DNA of 64,000 nt from Callorhinchus milii (Eukaryota): positions 82,338,001 to 82,402,000 of the forward strand of contig NW_024704742.1 of NCBI RefSeq assembly GCF_018977255.1. Reading direction: 5' to 3'. The translations under genes and the position numbers were made by a program. Below, piece after piece: positions 63,770 to 64,000 of the stretch (positions are counted from its first letter, which is position 1; each line of letters starts with the position of its first letter). The notes beneath the pieces are model-generated. The model made no database searches, was not told where the DNA came from, and saw nothing but the letters and a program-made list of their open reading frames with translations.

Positions 63770-64000
63770 AAAGCGGTTTGTATTGATAGCAGCCCATTAG
63801 CCAATCCTATTCACCTTAGTTGTTCATACTCACTCTGGAATGCTAGAAATGGATTATATTCACCAAATCATTGAGTGTTCTGCAGCTGGACACCACAAGC
63901 ACAGGATAATTTCGTACATGATGTGTCAGCCTTCAACTGATTGGATCCCAGCAGATTTAATCATGACCATACTAGATCATACTCTTTTCACAAGATCGGT

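Overview
Repeat-rich, non-coding vertebrate DNA, either a large intron or a gene desert. The repeat content points to a cartilaginous fish, probably a holocephalan such as Callorhinchus or Hydrolagus; this is an inference. That content is CR1 LINEs with (ATTCTATG)n/(TTCCTATG)n tails, L2 LINEs with (TTG)n tails, DeuSINE/SacSINE1-like SINEs, a young tRNA-Ala SINE sharing the L2 tail, and a shark-type Penelope terminus. I could not support any host protein-coding exon; the only meaningful ORFs are broken CR1/L2 reverse transcriptase fragments. Highlights: (1) an unclassified, highly structured ~620-bp A-tailed repeat with about 11 copies, whose 5' end is complementary to an internal segment; (2) a near-perfect 345-bp fold-back duplication beside a young SINE; (3) a tRNA-Gly(TCC)::CR1-tail chimera; (4) a mini Penelope-like insertion with two decayed minimal hammerhead ribozymes; (5) a solo LTR, hAT and Tc1/mariner MITEs, and several enhancer-like unique blocks. 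All alignments were done by eye, so boundaries of old repeats are approximate.
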